Source: Harriotta raleighana (Eukaryota). Taken from it: DNA of 64,000 bases. The DNA lies in contig JBNZDD010013718.1 of NCBI GenBank assembly GCA_050575255.1, positions 3,786,540 to 3,850,539 of the forward strand, in the 5' to 3' direction. The notes under the pieces were generated by a model, which ran no database searches, was not told where the DNA came from, and saw only the letters and a list, made by a program, of their open reading frames with translations. This document shows, one piece after another, positions 14,124 to 25,766 of the stretch; position 1 is the stretch's first letter; every line of letters starts with the position of its first letter. A program made the translations under genes and the position numbers.

Positions 14124-14530
14124 ATCAGGTGCCAAATCCAAACAAAAAGATTGCAACATAGCATGTATTGGTTTTCCATTTCATATAGTGGGTTTCACAT
14201 TGGGAGGACATTGTATGGTTTATACACAGTAGTTCTCTCAGAATGTTTTTTTTCTTTAATAAAGAATCATTGTAGAATTTCTAGTAACCCGTGGAAACTC
14301 TATCTTATAAGTACATTGAATCTGTTGAGTTCCCTGTAGGTGAGTGTGAGATGATCCTGGGTACTGGCTTGCATTCTTATTAAGAAATTCCATCAAGAAA
14401 GTTAGGGTTTAAAAATAAAACTTTGGAGTTACTTTTTAAGTTAATTATCCAGCAGTCCTATCTGATGAATATGTCTACTTTGCAGAAAAACAACTCCTCA
14501 AAGAGACTTATTATGGAATGTCTTTTGTAG

Positions 14531-14828
14531 TAATAATAATCCTTGCATTTGATATAATGTTTTTCACGTCTTCGAGACGTCTCAAAGCACTTCACGGACT
14601 ATGGTGTAAAGTGAATTGACTGTATTTTTTTGTGGATGAAATATGGCAGCCAATTACGTGTAGCAGTGTACCACAAACAGTTGTGGATTGAAACAACAAT
14701 TTTTTTTAGGGATTATCATCAAGCATATATGCATAAAGGAAAGTTGCCCAAGATTTCACCCGGCCTGGAATCGAACCCAGATCTCCCGCTTACAAGTAAA
14801 GTGTTCTAACCACTGACTCTACAAGACT
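14531..14828 (-). mobile_element. Near full-length tRNA-headed SINE with Deu-type core and (TAT)n tail
   Basis: Minus strand has an A-box-like TAGAGTCAGTGG and a B box GGTTCGATTCC. These are followed by the core TTTGTGG..CTGCT..AATTGGCTGCC and the tail GTGAAGTGCTTTGAGACGT..ATCAAATGCAAGGATTATTATTA. Confidence 0.92.
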
Positions 14829-17208
14829 TGATGGGTAGAATCTACAAAAGTAACTGTGTTGTGCTTTCAATACTCACAGCCCACAACATTGCTTTTCATG
14901 CTACGTTTATGCTGTTTGTTTCCACCAGGTAAAAATCCATTCTTCTCATTTTTGGTTTGAAAATAATGATCAAATTCTCTTCTCAGAACTGTAGTCCAGT
15001 TCCTGGCACCAAATCACAAAACAAAGTGGTGGTGGGTTGGGGAGAACACAGCACTATTTTGCAAGTTATTAAATCCATATCTATCTGGCTAAAACAATGA
15101 AACAAATAGTGTCATGAGACTTTCATTAATGTTTCAATATTTATGATATGCTATATTGAAAATCGCTGGCTGCTTTCTGAATATTGAGCCAAGTGAATAA
15201 AAGACTTAATACTTAATTGTTCTTTCATCTGAAGAAATATTTTTGGAGTACTTACTCCTTCCATTAACTAGTTCATTTAATTTTTTGCAGTACTGTTATT
15301 ACAGCAACGTTTATTTTTACTGTAATGTAGTGTGATTCAGGTTCAACAGGCTAGGTTAAGGCAGGGTTAATGGGATGCTGGACGTATGGTTACATACGCA
15401 AAAACACTGTTTTAGTTTCCAATAATAAAATGCCACTATCAGTTAATCCCAAATCAATAGAGTACATGGGTCCTAGTCCTGTTAGTTTCTTTTGAAGATA
15501 AAGCTAAAAAAACTGGCATTTCATTTCAACCTTTGCCAATATAAATGGGTCCATAATAGGCATAAAAAAATAAAAATTCAATCGTAGATGCATCTTGTTT
15601 AGTTGAAATGACCCTGGCACTTTGTTCAAAACAAATTTATCTCTCACGAGTTGCAGAATTAAGTTGGATTTCCTTACATTGAACCAAGAGGATTTGGTGT
15701 GGGTTCTCCCTTGAGGTTTAGAGTATTTTTATAAAGTATTTCCAAATGCTGCTCTTGGATTAACCTTGGTTGAAAAATGCTTGGTGTTCCAACAGGTGGA
15801 AACACTTAATCTGAGCCTCTCTCCATCATGAGTCAAGGGAGGAAAATTCCACGATTGGCAAAGCACCATTGTAAACCAGCATTGAGAATGTCTCGACTTG
15901 TTTCGGAGGAAAAGGTACACAAAGATGCGCAAAATGAATACCATCCAACCTTCTTTATTATTAAAGCAAACAGGCGATGTCAATGGCTTGGAGTGAATTA
16001 GAAGATAGGAACTCAATAAATCTGTAAAGCAAAGCTCAAGTTACTGCTGACGTGAAAGGCACTATACAGATGTAATGTTGTTATTGTTATATAAAAACAC
16101 ACCATTTACAACTTTTATTTGTGTTTTAACATTGTAAATCATACCCAGGTTTTACAGAATTTACAGAGAGTGACATTGCATTTTCTATTCATCAAAGGCA
16201 ATGTTTTACCATGTTAAAAGATTCCAACCAACAAAAATATAACTTGGTACAGAATGTGTCCTGTTTCTATGGCAACTCATGCCCAAGTGTTCAGTGACAG
16301 ACTCCAGTGCTGTATAGAATATCTGCATCGAGTGAAAAACTTATTGAACTGTGCATTTCCAAAGAGGCACTATGCTTTATAAACTCATTCAATTCTGTTC
16401 ATGCATTAAATGCTGAATCCGGTGTTTCTCCATAACAGATTTTTTTTTTAAATTGTTGGAAGCAATTCTGATCTAAATTGCAATATATAGAGCATGGAGA
16501 ATGCTATTCTTCAACACTCCGACCAGGCACTGAAACTGGCTAATATCTGGCAATGGGAGAGGACTTCATAAGTGTACCCTAAAAATCCTCTATATGTTGT
16601 GCTAGTACACATGTTTTGTACACTGATCTATCCTCAGATTGCAAATCAAAGTAATTTATGGATTATTATATGCAGTATTTGTCTATTTATCACAAATAAA
16701 ATGGCAAATTTCTTCATTGTTGCTCATATAGCATCTTGGGTGTCTTTTATCCAAAGATATTTTGTTACAGGATTACATGTTATGTATTTCAAAATTCTTT
16801 TAAGAACAGAAGTTCATTACCATATTGCACCTATATTGCACCTATTCCCCATATACCGTATATTGGTATTTATTTCCCAACTGATCAGATACAATTGTTA
16901 TGTATTAATAGAACAAATTCATTAGAACTACAATGACAACAACAAATTGCACTTATAAAGCACCTTTCACATTGGGAAGAATCCAGCATTTGTTTGTTGC
17001 ATTGCAGTGCTGGGTGGGAGATCTTCCTATGGAACTGGAGTTCAAGTTATTAGCCTTAAGAAACATACCTAAAGCAACGACCAATGTATTCTTTGCGCTC
17101 TTGTTAACTGCAACTTCACACACTCCAAACCACAAAACAGTCAGCAAGCGATGTTTTTAATTGATGGGTGTGGTTTGTAGAATGTCATAAGGCCACCTTC
17201 ACTCTCAA

Positions 17209-17712
17209 ATTGATCCTAGCAAGTCTCTAAAGGTTGGCATGGAGCAAAGGAAAAGAAACTCTTAAATTCAGCAAATGCCGATAATGAGCTATCATTACTC
17301 AAATTACTCAGAACACTGATTAGGTTTTAAGTAATGAAGAGGCCAACATGATCAATCATAATCTAGCCTTAGCTTGTCAATATACATTGAAAGGTTAGGT
17401 GGTGCATACATGTCTAAGCAACGTCAGCAAAAATAAATCTTTCTGTCTGTTTGCGGGGGCAACTGTGAAGCTCTGTATACTACAGGATTGATCCTATAAG
17501 GTCTCTAAAGGTTGACTAGTAGGAGAGCATAAAAAAACTCTTAAACTTGGCAAATGCCGATAATGAGCTTTCATTACTTAAATTGCTCTGAACACTGATT
17601 AGGTTTTATCAGGCGAATACGGCGACATGATCAATCATAATGCAACCTCGGGTTGTCGATGTACATCTAAAGGTTAGCCAATTCTAACAGCCTCCGCCCG
17701 TGTCAGCAAAAA
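17209..17712. repeat. Diverged direct repeat pair, about 225 bp units (about 17209-17433 and 17487-17712)
   Basis: Shared ordered blocks TTGATCCTA, GTCTCTAAAGGTTG, AAACTCTTAAA, GCAAATGCCGATAATGAGCT, GAACACTGATTAGGTTTTA, ACATGATCAATCATAAT, AAAGGTTAG and GTCAGCAAAAAT. Confidence 0.92.
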
Positions 17713-18984
17713 TTAGTCAAACTGATCAAAAGCTGACATTCGTCCTCCCAAGGAAATTAATGAACAATTGAAATACTGGTGTCCAAGAATCGCTAATTCA
17801 ATTTTTTTTAAAATCAACTGATCACATAGGTGTTACAACTTTGTGCCCTGAGAATAATAAATTCAGAATGCTTGTTACGTGACAACGAGCATGTCATTCT
17901 CCAGCGAAGGGGGTCATCTGAAAATAAAGCAACGAGACACAAGTCGAAATGATTCCAGAGTTTGTAATTGCTTATTCCGCTAAGTCTGGTTTTATCAAAA
18001 AAAAACCTTTCCTCTTTGTAAACGAATAACCATTTAAATTAAAATTGGATTGTTTTATGCCCCTCTTGTCCTTGAGCGATGAAAATGTAAACTTTATTCT
18101 CATTTAAAAACTGGAGATTCAATCTTCTTTTTGTACACTGCCCATTTGAATAAGTCGACATAGCCTCAGCACTCTCTGGCTTTATTGTTTGACTTGACAG
18201 TAATAATACTCGAGCTGAAATTGTACATGCATTCACTAATTTAGTGATTATTTACATGGCAGCAGGCTGAAATGTTAGCAAACAGATGCTCCCATAAAAG
18301 AGAAATGGAATAAAGGCATTCACTGCATTGTTGAATATTATTTTATACCTTTTTTGTGTCATAAGTGGGCCCATTGCACCCTTCCATTTCCCTGCACATT
18401 TATAATTCATGCTCTGTAATAGCTCCAAATATTTTTTTGGGCGAAACTCAATGTTTGCCAGTTTGAGCTGACAAAACGCTGAGCACGAAATGCACACATG
18501 GTGAGGTGACGGGGAGCTGACCCCAGACTTCTATGCAGCAGCAGTGACACACTTTTCTGTTATTCTTGTACAATACAAATTCATATCTGTGCAAAAATCC
18601 TGTAAACCTGCTTTCTTGACTGTGGATTTAGCAAGCAATACAACTCTTATAATTTCATTGCTTGGATTAATTAAAACACCCAGCTGCACAAGTCCCCTCT
18701 AACCATTACTTTTTGACAGTCGTGCTGTCCCACTTGCTGCCTCAACCTACTCTGGGGATCTTCAGTCTTCCCATACACGTTTAACAGTGCTCACAGCTAA
18801 GCTGCAAATAAATAATTCCTATGTCCAGGATGTCAAATGGATGCATTTTTCCCATGATGAAATAATAAAGTGTGACAATAAATAAAATTTCAAATAATAC
18901 CCCTAAACAAAAAAAATGAAGCTTTTAATTTGTGTCCATTTGTAATTTGACTTTTCTGGAGTAAAAGCTTCAAATCAATTCTCA

Positions 18985-19155
18985 TCATGGTCTGTATTTT
19001 GTACGCTGCTGTTTCTTACAGAATCTGTCCTATCGTGTTCGTACATTCACCCATAAAAATATAGTCACATCACTTTACAGTAAATCCTGTGAAGTGCTTT
19101 GAGACATCCACCTGACATGAAAGGTGTTATATGAGATGTAAAGATTATTGTTATT
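18985..19155 (+). mobile_element. SINE 3' fragment
   Basis: CACTTTACAGTAAATCCTGTGAAGTGCTTTGAGACATCC..TGAAAGGTGTTATAT..GATTATTGTTATT. Confidence 0.8.
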
Positions 19156-20807
19156 AATATTACCACTGATTTAATTAAATCAATAGACCCAGGTGCGGGT
19201 GATGAAATTCACCCTTTTCTGTAGGTCATGATCAGAAATCAAAATTGATTCAGTGGAATTGTTGAAGTCAGCATAGTTAGCTTGATAAATAAGTAGCACT
19301 GCTCTATGTAGCAAACATTCTTTAAAAAATGCCTTAGCTTTATAAGCAAATACAAAACTACAATAACAACTTAAAATGTTATAAAAATGTGAATAAAGTT
19401 TCACTGGGCTACAATTTCTTTTGTTCAATTGCAATGAGGGTAACAGATTTGGATTTTGAAATCTAACGCTTGATGAAGAATCCACTCCATAAGTTAAATG
19501 ATGAAATAATTATTTAGCAGATTGAGCCTATTTGAATGGTAAGGAATCAAAAGCAATTCATATTCAGTACTGTACAGGCCAAACGTTTATTCCCCCATTT
19601 CATTCTGATTCTGAGTGTTTGCAGGTTTTCTTATTACTTGTGTTTTATGCGTGGTTTCCGAGTAATTATGGCTCAGTGCAATCAGCTTTTGGAGTTTGCC
19701 TTCAGACTTTACGACTGAAGTAATGCCAGCAGAAACTGACATTGCTGCTTATTGGCACCACCATTCAGTACCCTCTCCAGGAATAAGACAAACTTCACCC
19801 TAATGGGCTGACTAAAGCTTTGTTTGATTTAATTCAGTGGCAGTTGCCTGATATTATAAATTGTGTAGTAATTCAAACTGGCTTTATTCCAGAAACACTG
19901 GCCAGTAGTCAGGAAAATAAATTGATGAAGGGTGTTCTGAAGATTTTTCTTTTGACAATCAATATGTCATACAATGAATTTAACAGGGACAAAGCATGAT
20001 ACATGATGATTCCTTATCTCTATGGTCATTGACGAGTTTCAGAGCTGATAGAAACCATGGTGAATAAGAAAGTAATTCATGATTTGAGTTTCTCTTGAAG
20101 CCAATTATGCCGGAGCAATATAGGCAATCATACATTATGAGCAGACACATTCCTAGGAGTCTATGCAGACAATACTTAAAAAGAAGAAAAATCACATTAC
20201 ACTTAAACTCCCCTTTGGTGAGGAATCTAACATTTCAGATCTTCCACCGATTTCAAATTTCAAATTCCAAAATGCAGCAATTTTAAATTGAGTAATGTTT
20301 TGATGAGGTGCCTTGGGACATCCTCCTGATGTAAAAGGCGCTTTACAAGTGTAATTGTTGTTTCACAAATGGGAACCCCTTTCCTTTATCCCAAAGGACT
20401 GTTCCTGAGCAGTTTTGGCTGAGCACAATGGATTGACATTGACATTCATTTCATCATACCAGGGTATTAAGTCCCTTAGATATTCACTTTGAGCATAAAC
20501 ACTGGGTTCTAAGTCTGACTCAGCTTGTACAGAATTTATGCTGTCCTTATTCAACATGGTTTAAGAGGTGTGGAGACTATCCAGAAACCCTTGGTATTTG
20601 CCAATGGTAAATATCTCCACTGCCTAAAGGATTATAAACGTACTCTATAATTTAGGTGCAAGATGCAATTTTATCACAACCTCTCAATGGTGAGAATGGA
20701 AGATATTGTCTCTTTAGAACATCTATCTGCCTTGTAGGTGTCTGATCTATTTATACATAGAGATTCTCCATTTACTATCCTCTTAGTTAGAATAAATCGG
20801 CACCTTA

Positions 20808-20968
20808 ATAATAATAATCCTTGCATTTGATATAGAGCTGTGGATTGAAGTGACTATTATTTTGTGTGTGAGGTAAGGAAACTTGCCAAAGGTTTTGTCA
20901 TGCTGGCAATCAAACCCAAGTCTCTTGCTTCTGAGGTGAATGCTTTAACCATGGAGCTAAGGACTCCA
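20808..20968 (-). mobile_element. Internally deleted SINE (head joined almost directly to extreme tail)
   Basis: Tail ATAATAATCCTTGCATTTGATATAG abuts GTGGATTGAAGTGAC and the head (AAACCCAAGTCTC..TTAACCATGGAGCT..GGACTCC). The core present in 14531-14828 is absent. Confidence 0.8.
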
Positions 20969-21210
20969 CAAATGGTCTGGATTGTGTGTAGACTTACAAT
21001 ATTGTAATACCATTTACATTTATCAACCTGTTAAATAAATTACACTGTTCCTCCTCTTGCTTATACCTCTGATTCCTGGGTTATTTTTCAACAACATCTA
21101 CAGCTCAATTCCTTGATCACTCCTGCAAACGTGTCAAAGTGAAGGGACACAGTCCCTGTAAACTGGCCACAGTTTCTCAATGCTAGCCACATTTTCAGTG
21201 ATCTTTGAGT

Positions 21211-21720
21211 AACAACAACAATAAAATTACAGTTGTATAGTGCCTTTCAAGTCGGGAGGATGTCCCAAAGAGCTGAACAGTCAGGTCGGGACCCGAGCAG
21301 GGGGGAAGGGTCGGGGGTAGGGGTAGGGGGAAGGAGAGTGGGAGAGGGGGAAGAGTCAGGGGAGAGCCAAAAGCACGGTCAAAGAGGAAGGTTTTGAGAT
21401 CGGCCTTGAAGGAGGAAAGGGAGGAAGCAAGGGAGGAAGCCGTGAATGTCCTTGAAAATGAGGACAAGGATCTTGAATTCGATCCTCTGGGGGATGGGGA
21501 GTCCGTGGAGACGGGCGAGGGTGGGATTGATGTGATCATGAAGCCTGGTGCGGGAGAGTACACGAGCTGCAGAATTCTGAATGATCTGCAGCCTGTGAAG
21601 GGAGGAGTTGGGAAGGCCGAGGAGGAGAGTTCCCGTAGTCAAGCCTGGAGGTGATAAAGGTGTGAATCAGGGTTTTGGCGGCATGGGGCATGAGGCAGTG
21701 GCGGAGCCTGGCAATAGTAA
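21211..21720 (-). mobile_element. L2-clade LINE 3' fragment
   Basis: IARLRHCLMPHAAKTLIHTFITSRLDYGNS, LHRLQIIQNSAARVL, LHGLPIPQRIEFKILVL and SSFKADLKTFLF, followed by an L2 3' UTR and (TTG)n tail. Confidence 0.95.
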
Positions 21721-22094
21721 TAGATTTCATAACAAATGAAATCTTATTGAGACGTCTCTCTGATATGAAGAGTGAAATATGATTATTATCATTCTGTCGG
21801 TCTCAAAATCAGCCAATTCTTGATGGATTTTAAGATGGCGCAAGTTGTATCAATAGCAGAATAAACTACTTCTTTTGATGATATATACCAGATCATTAAA
21901 GGCAAGAAAGAATTCCTAGCACAGATGCTGCATAAAGATTATTGCCTATTTATCATAGTATTTTTCCACTGTACATATGGATGGTAATGGCTTACCAGAT
22001 ATATTACAGCCGAAAAGTTTTGCATGTGATCTAGATGCAGCAATACATAAATCTGCACTGATAAATGCTGAGAACATAAACGCAGTGCAAGTTA

Positions 22095-22200
22095 AATATC
22101 TGAAATAAACAAAATCGGAAACAGAAATGTGTGGAACTCACAAGGTCAATCAGAATAGAAAGAATAAAATAGGTTAACAAGGCCCTTCATCAAAACTGGC
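22095..22200 (-). mobile_element. Decayed Penelope-like terminal fragment
   Basis: Co-linear similarity to 50715-50840 (AAACAGAAATG..GGAACTCAC..AGGTCA..GTTAAC..CCCTTCATCAAAACTGG). Confidence 0.55.
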
Positions 22201-25200
22201 TGCACAGATGTTAATGGCTGCCTCTTTGACTTCATGCTCAGCGTCAGGAGATTTCCTCCACTTGTAGACCATGATATCAAGAGCATCACGTGTTGAACAC
22301 TTTGCTACAAAGTCAAACTGGCAACCTGACAGCAATTGAAATCATGAATTGCCTTCTTATTCACCATGGTTTCTATCAGCTCTGAAATAATTGACTGTAG
22401 ATGTACACTCTCTATTCTGTGGGTCTAATTTGCTCCATTCTTTTGGATGAGCCTGATGTTTCTTGTTCTCTAGACAGATGGGAATAACATAGTTCAGAAC
22501 GTCTATTGAAATAGAAGCCTGCTGCTGTATCTTTAATAAGTGCAAAAATTATATACCCGTGCTTCAGCAAAATTCATGAAAAATCTTCTACACGTAAATC
22601 GATAAATTAAAAACTTTTTTGTGTAATTAACATGGTTCACTGTGTGCGCAAAAACTCTAAAAATTAAGACCAACAACACTTAGCGACATATAGAGGAACC
22701 TCATTCACGTTTTACTATGATTGTTGCGGTTGTCTTTGTAAGGTTTTTCTTTTAATCCACTTTGTTGATGGACACAGCTCTGTAATTCCAACACTCACAG
22801 GAATTGTACTGTTTTGTGTAGTGCAATCATGAACACTATTCAGAGCACATCAGGGAACTCTCCCACACATTTCACCTCACTGAAGAGCAGCATGAACAGA
22901 TCCCAATTAATTATTGGCCTCTTGTAGGTGCCTAAAGGGATGAGAAACAGGAAATCAAGTGGCTTCAGCAGATGGACAACACGGATACCCTTCATTATTT
23001 ACCTCTCAGTCAGTGATTGGCTGAAGCAAACCCATTCGTAGGTTTCCTGACCCTGAAAATGTTCAGTTTGTCAAAGAATTATTCAAGGTCATCAATGGTC
23101 ATATTTCATTGGATATAAATAATCTCTAGAGGTGGAATGAATGAAGTTAGGGTCAGGCATTAGGGAACCAATGAGACTTCATAGTGTTATTACTATATTG
23201 GACAATTCTGTTCTCTTTATTTGATTTGGTAGAAGATGACTTTCCTTTTCCCATACTCAAAGAATATTTTCTCTGCGTCTGATGAGAGAGAGCTCAAACA
23301 GTTCTGACAATATGTGATACAGCTTTAGTATTTAAATCTGATCTTCGAAGGAAAGAAATTGCTCATTTGTGGTCCATAAATCATGCAGTATCGACGTCAC
23401 CGATTACTGGACCTACCGATAATCAATTATTACAATTCGAACTATCTGAAAGAATTGGATCAGAAAGTACATTTACCACTCCTTGTGATGAATCACATGG
23501 CCCTCACTAGAACAGGACAAGTGACCCAGGGCTAGGAGCAGAGGGCAGAAGCAGGGAACAGAGCAACAAAACTGCTACACCAATAACAATTCTCTGCACA
23601 AGTAATTATTCACACCAATTGCAGAAACAACTCAACAGCTAGAGTTATTGAAGCCAGGACACTGGACTCATCGAAAAAAAGCAGATATACTGCAGTTTGC
23701 AAATTGTTCTGAAATAGTAACGCAGTAACACATAAATGACCATTCAATAATAAATTGTCAGTCACAATGTGCTTTGATGTAGCAACAAATGAATGCATCA
23801 GAATTGGGCTTCCATTCTTTAATATTATTAAAGAATACCTTTGAAGGTCTTTTTGTTTCCTGTAGCATTTCTGCAACATTGCATAATTCTCATTCGGATC
23901 GACCTTTGTAATAGCCGGAAGCCACCTTACTAAGTGACCAAGCAAGCATTATCCGAGCTGTCACATAGCTTTGCTAAGCATTGTTTAAATATGATGTACC
24001 CCACCTCATTCTCCCAATCCTCCCCCCTAATGGAAAATCTTATCCTGACTGACTGCACAGAAAATTCTGTTGGCAAGGTCTCATAATGGACATCTGTTTT
24101 TGACAGTTCTTTCTGATTTGTCTGAGCTGTACCCTCTGCCAGCACGGGAGAATACATTTCATATTCAGCAGCTGGTACCAACAGTACATGTAAATTTACA
24201 CATGAATCAACTGTCAGAAACATAGACACAATGCATTGACAGCTCAGGAATGTGTAGGGAATTTTGTTGCCTTCTTAAAAAAAAGCTTGGTATTCCTGAA
24301 GTGAGGTATCTTTTGTACAGTAAATGCTTTTGTTATCTGATTGTCTGCTCACAATACCTGACTGATTAACGTTTCAGCCTCTCAGTCCATATATAATGTG
24401 CAGGGTTCCTGCATGAAGGCTTTGGAACTTCAAACCTTGAAAAAACATCAATTGGCTTGTCTCCATATATTGCCCTTTTTGCTGTTTTCTGTACCCTCTG
24501 AATGGCATATCATCACTGCATATTCCACTGCTTGTCAGAAAGAGCTCTGCACAATAGGACCCTAAGGCTTAGAAACCTAGGAGTTGTAGGATTGAAGTAT
24601 AGTGTTCAAATAGCACTTATTAAAAACAGCCCACATCTCTGATCCAAATTAGATTGCGGTGTAAGATAGTATTTAAAAATCAGCAAGTTCAAATTACATT
24701 CAGCTGCAATTTCTTTCTTCAGTTTTGGTTACCCCCTACCTTCAAAAGCAGATTGAGCAATTTGGAATAATTTAGACAAGAGTAACACACGTTTTTAGCT
24801 CTAAGTAATGAGAAGTTTGAGGAGCTTTAACCAGTTATCTTTGGACAAAGGAAGTTTGAGATGAGGGGATAGGAGTGAGGGACATGATCCAGAAAATAAG
24901 CATATATAGTATGTATTCAGAATGCAATTTGATTAAAATCCTTTGCATATGACTAAAGGGTAGATTTTCAATGATTTGTGATAAGGTGTTTGCTTGAATG
25001 GTCATGATCTCTTGTGTTCTTATACAAATTGTAAACAAGTAAACAGTTTGGCATCTTAGCAAATCTTTAGCTAATATGGAAATATTTAGGGTGAATCGAG
25101 AGGTTTTAGAAATTCTGTTCTATTCTGTATGGGCAGAATGTTAGCTTCACAATCTGAGACACCTGGAAATTGAAATGCTGTAAGAAGCTGATAGTGTTAC

Positions 25201-25510
25201 GTTATCTGTATCTGCTATGGGAAGAGCTACAAGTAAAAGCCTATTTTGGTATTCCTGCACATCCTCAATTGTAAAATAACACTACAATATTCCAGTAAAA
25301 CTGAAACAAAATAAAATTATGATCACTAAAGCCACCTCACAGTCAGATCCAATACAATGTATTGTCATGTAAATGAATCATTTGTGCATCCATATTACAA
25401 ATTGATTTAAAACAATTACTTAACTCAATCTCCTTGCCACTTTTAATAAATTTTAATGAAATAAATAGCAAAAATACTTTGAAAAAATAGGTAAATAATA
25501 ATAAGGAACC

Positions 25511-25766
25511 AAAAATTCCACCCTGGTCTTAAAATTCAAGATGGGGCGAATTTGTTTTAAAAATCTTAAATTCGGTCTTGAATTGATAGCCAATTATTTT
25601 TATAAAATGCAAAATAACTTGTTATTTTTCCCATTTCTGATACTATAATGTATTTGCATTTATGCAGCGCCATTCAACCTGGATGGCATCTTGGAGCACT
25701 TAAGACCAAATTTAAGACCGATTAAGAATTTAAAACCCATTCATGACTGAATTTAAGAATTTTCCA
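25511..25766. repeat. Inverted-repeat, MITE-like remnant built from GGTCTTAAATT-type units
   Basis: 25564-25583 and the reverse complement of 25739-25758 match at 18 of 20 positions. Confidence 0.55.

Noticed and set aside
14750-14828. tRNA-like sequence
   Set aside because: It is the head of a SINE, contiguous with core and tail, not a tRNA gene.
17257-17610. Coding interpretation of the tandem pair (KLLN.ANADNELSLLKLL in both copies, several differences synonymous)
   Set aside because: In-frame stops occur in both copies (TAA in copy 1, TGA in copy 2), the minus frames checked in copy 2 are closed, and no splice signals are evident. A decayed exon is not fully excluded.
23279-23305. Hammerhead-like CTGATGA-GAG-AGAG-CTC-AAAC
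   Set aside because: The G of GAAA is missing and no stem I or stem III partner was found.
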